A DNA stretch of 63,653 bases, filler included, from Octopus bimaculoides (taxonomy: Eukaryota), in the NCBI RefSeq assembly GCF_001194135.2. It is 6 parts of 5 records of this genome, joined end to end, with 100 filler letters (N's around TTAATTAATTAA, not from the genome) between each part and the next. Parts side by side here need not be neighbours in the genome. Positions count along the whole stretch, not along the records: positions 61,160 to 63,653 come from NC_068988.1; 5 more parts are not named here. The stretch is one strand, 5' to 3'. Under the pieces are notes generated by a model. The model saw nothing but the letters and a program-made list of their open reading frames with translations. It did no database searches and was not told the origin of the DNA. Positions 61,160 through 63,653 of this stretch are shown here, piece after piece (the stretch's first letter is position 1; each line of letters begins with the position of its first letter). A program made the position numbers and the translations under genes.

Positions 61160-61394
61160 TAAGGATGTTCAGCAAAACACCCATGTTTCCAAAGGTGAAT
61201 TATTCAAACCCCAAATAATTCCTCTCAACACGTGGCTATGATGTTCCCCCACTACTTTTGCTCATGATCAGAGATGCACATATTGTCAGCCATCAAGGGA
61301 CATGCTCAACTGGTTAAGGTCAAACAACTGACAAGCAAATATGTGGTCTAATGCAGAATATTTGTTGTAGTCCATCTTTTATACCAAAACGAAA

Positions 61395-61395
<1 letters not shown>
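61160..61395 (-). mobile_element. Repeat family D 5' part, abutting (ATT)n
   Basis: Reverse complement of about 27814-28055; (ATT)n at 61396-61443. Confidence 0.85.
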
Positions 61396-61442
<47 letters not shown>

Positions 61443-61445
<3 letters not shown>

Positions 61446-61552
61446 TCCTTTCGAGGTCGATAAAAAAAGTCCCAGTTGAGCACTGGCGTCGCTGTAGTCC
61501 ACTTAGCCACTTCTCCAAAATTGCTGGCCTTGTGCCAAAACTTGAAACCAGT
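61443..61552 (+). mobile_element. SINE family A 3' fragment
   Basis: TCATCCTTTCGAGGTCGATAAAA..CCAGTTGAGCACTGG..CTGGCCTTGTGCCAAAA.TTGAAACCA. Confidence 0.75.
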
Positions 61553-62834
61553 ATCAGCATTATATTATTTTACAGTATTATGTTCGCTTATTCTAAGTTG
61601 TAAACCAAGAAAATTTATGTCACCACAAAAATAAACATTGCAATGACTAATGAAAGGGTACCATTTGTAGCAAACGTTGGAATCGATCTAGAATTATATT
61701 TATTTTCATTCTTCAAAAGTGTTCCTACTATCTCCACCATTATCTTTTCTATCAACCCCTATCAGCTTCTTTAAAATAAGTATCATTCTTTCCCGTCGCC
61801 GTTTTCCTATTAATGTTGATGCTTAATAATACTGATATCAATAATATATAAATCTATATGAAGTGCATCTCTTTGATTTACATTGTATATTAATAGACAT
61901 GAATTCTATTTCTGTGTCAATAAAACAATAAAATACTTCAGTCTTAATTGACTTCTCTACAGACAAGCACTTATGAAGATTATTAAAACTGGTAATATAC
62001 CGAATTTACATAATACAGTTTTCTTTAATACAGACTTATGTTTCTCTTGCCACCATCACTCCACATTACTAATTTTATCAAAATAAGTTGATTTATATCA
62101 TTTCACACTTCTTGATACATATCTCTTTACTTATATCCTGAACACTTTATGACTGATGAAAAATGGTATTACTTTCGTTTAATGTAGCTGATATGTATTT
62201 CTTAAATTTGGCACAAGCATAAAAGCCTAAACCTATACACAGATCCTTATGTATGAGTATGATTTATCGACTATTCATAGTTCTTATTATTTCCAACTTG
62301 CTGTACGTATGAGGTGTAGTTACATCTCATACGTACAGCCGTTTTTATATAACTCGCATTGTCTTGTATTATCTAAATTCTATCAGAGACTTCACACTAT
62401 TTCCTAATATTGTCTGCTGTTTATATGCTCATACAACTCCTCTTGCGTTATTCACAACTCAATGAAGGTGTTATAGATGTCTCCATCTTCTACCTTCATT
62501 GTATTACTTATATAGTATATTTTAACTCTAATTATATATTCTTACGTAACCAAGATATTCTATTCTCCATGCAAAGAAGTTTCACCTGAAACATGAATCA
62601 AATATATCAAGTGTCAACATAGTAGCATGTTGCAGAAAACACAGACGGCATTGAAATTTATTAGAGCGAGCAACTAACATTTGTATTATCTTGCGTGAGT
62701 GTTAGCTGCAGCTAACTGCAGCTGCATTCTTTTAAATAATTGCAAGAGACAAACAGAAGGACATTAGATATTGTATATAAATTATTTGGACATTGCGTTA
62801 ATAACGGCAATGCTTAATGATTCTCGTAAAGAAA

Positions 62835-62940
62835 TATTGGTTTCAAATTTTGGAACAAGGCCAGCAATTTCGGGGAAAGAACAATTCGATTACATCAGCT
62901 AGAGTACTAAATTGATACCTATTTTATTGACCCCACGAAT
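62835..62940 (-). mobile_element. SINE family A 3' fragment
   Basis: ATATTGGTTTCAAATTTTGG.ACAAGGCCAGCAATTTC..TCGATTACATC. Confidence 0.7.
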
Positions 62941-63019
62941 ATTAACTACAAAGTCTTTGCATATACATATGAAGAGAGAAATGAACATGAGGGAGATAGA
63001 TAGACAGATAGGTAGATAT

Positions 63020-63091
<72 letters not shown>

Positions 63092-63127
63092 TTGGGTAGA
63101 TAAATATATGGAAAAGTACATATGTAG

Positions 63128-63165
<38 letters not shown>

Positions 63166-63602
63166 GCACATGAATATGTATATATATACTGATATGCGTA
63201 TAAATATATGTATATATGTATATATGTATATCTATATATACATGTGTGTGTGTGTGTGTGTGTGCGCGTGTGTGTGTGTGTATACATACACGCATATGTA
63301 TTTATGTACGCATGTATTCATAAACACATATATTAGTAAAAGATAGTTCTCGCGAAAATATGGGGGAAAATCATTTATACTTCAAACATCAGCGTTGAAA
63401 GCAGACATTTCTACTTTTCCGTGGAATAAGTTGTAAGGAGCTGAAAGCATTCGCTTTATGCATTACTGCTGTTTTGTGAATAGATTTCAACCTTTGAAAC
63501 GTGCTACACAGGTGCCATAAACCACTGTAATATATTTTAATTGAATGACAGTAAGGGTGAATACGACGAACACATATTACCATAGAAGGCAAGTGCATAT
63601 GG

Positions 63603-63653
<51 letters not shown>

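Noticed and set aside
58760-63653. Next opsin exon (TM2 onward)
   Set aside because: No plus-strand frame resembling LRTPxN..NLA with a phase-2 acceptor was found; it probably lies beyond the window or in a gap

Overview
Repeat-dominated, AT-rich eukaryotic genomic DNA with many N gaps. The SINE, LINE and microsatellite content points to an octopod cephalopod (Octopus sp.); this is inference, not a database result. Most of the window is decayed mobile DNA: several tRNA-derived SINE families, RTE, CR1, HERO and R4/Dong LINE fragments, Ty3/Gypsy remnants and a solo LTR, many non-autonomous Helitron-type elements, MITEs and microsatellites. Only one host coding exon is supported: 58545-58756 (+), encoding a class A GPCR N-terminus plus TM1 that looks like a rhabdomeric opsin, ending at a phase-2 GT donor. 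The remaining exons were not seen in the window. The most striking unexplained signal is a set of hammerhead ribozyme motifs. One is a fully canonical type I motif with an extended stem I inside a ~125-nt rod hairpin (19947-20071, minus strand, retrozyme-like). One is near-canonical (24744-24789, +), and two are variant or degenerate (19478-19514, 34474-34519). Other notable points are (TAA)n-targeted R4/Dong LINEs with a possible non-autonomous partner, a Helitron whose empty site survives in a neighbouring repeat copy, and long inverted repeats that could form dsRNA. Family names were assigned by motif recognition from memory; no searches were run, and many element boundaries are approximate.
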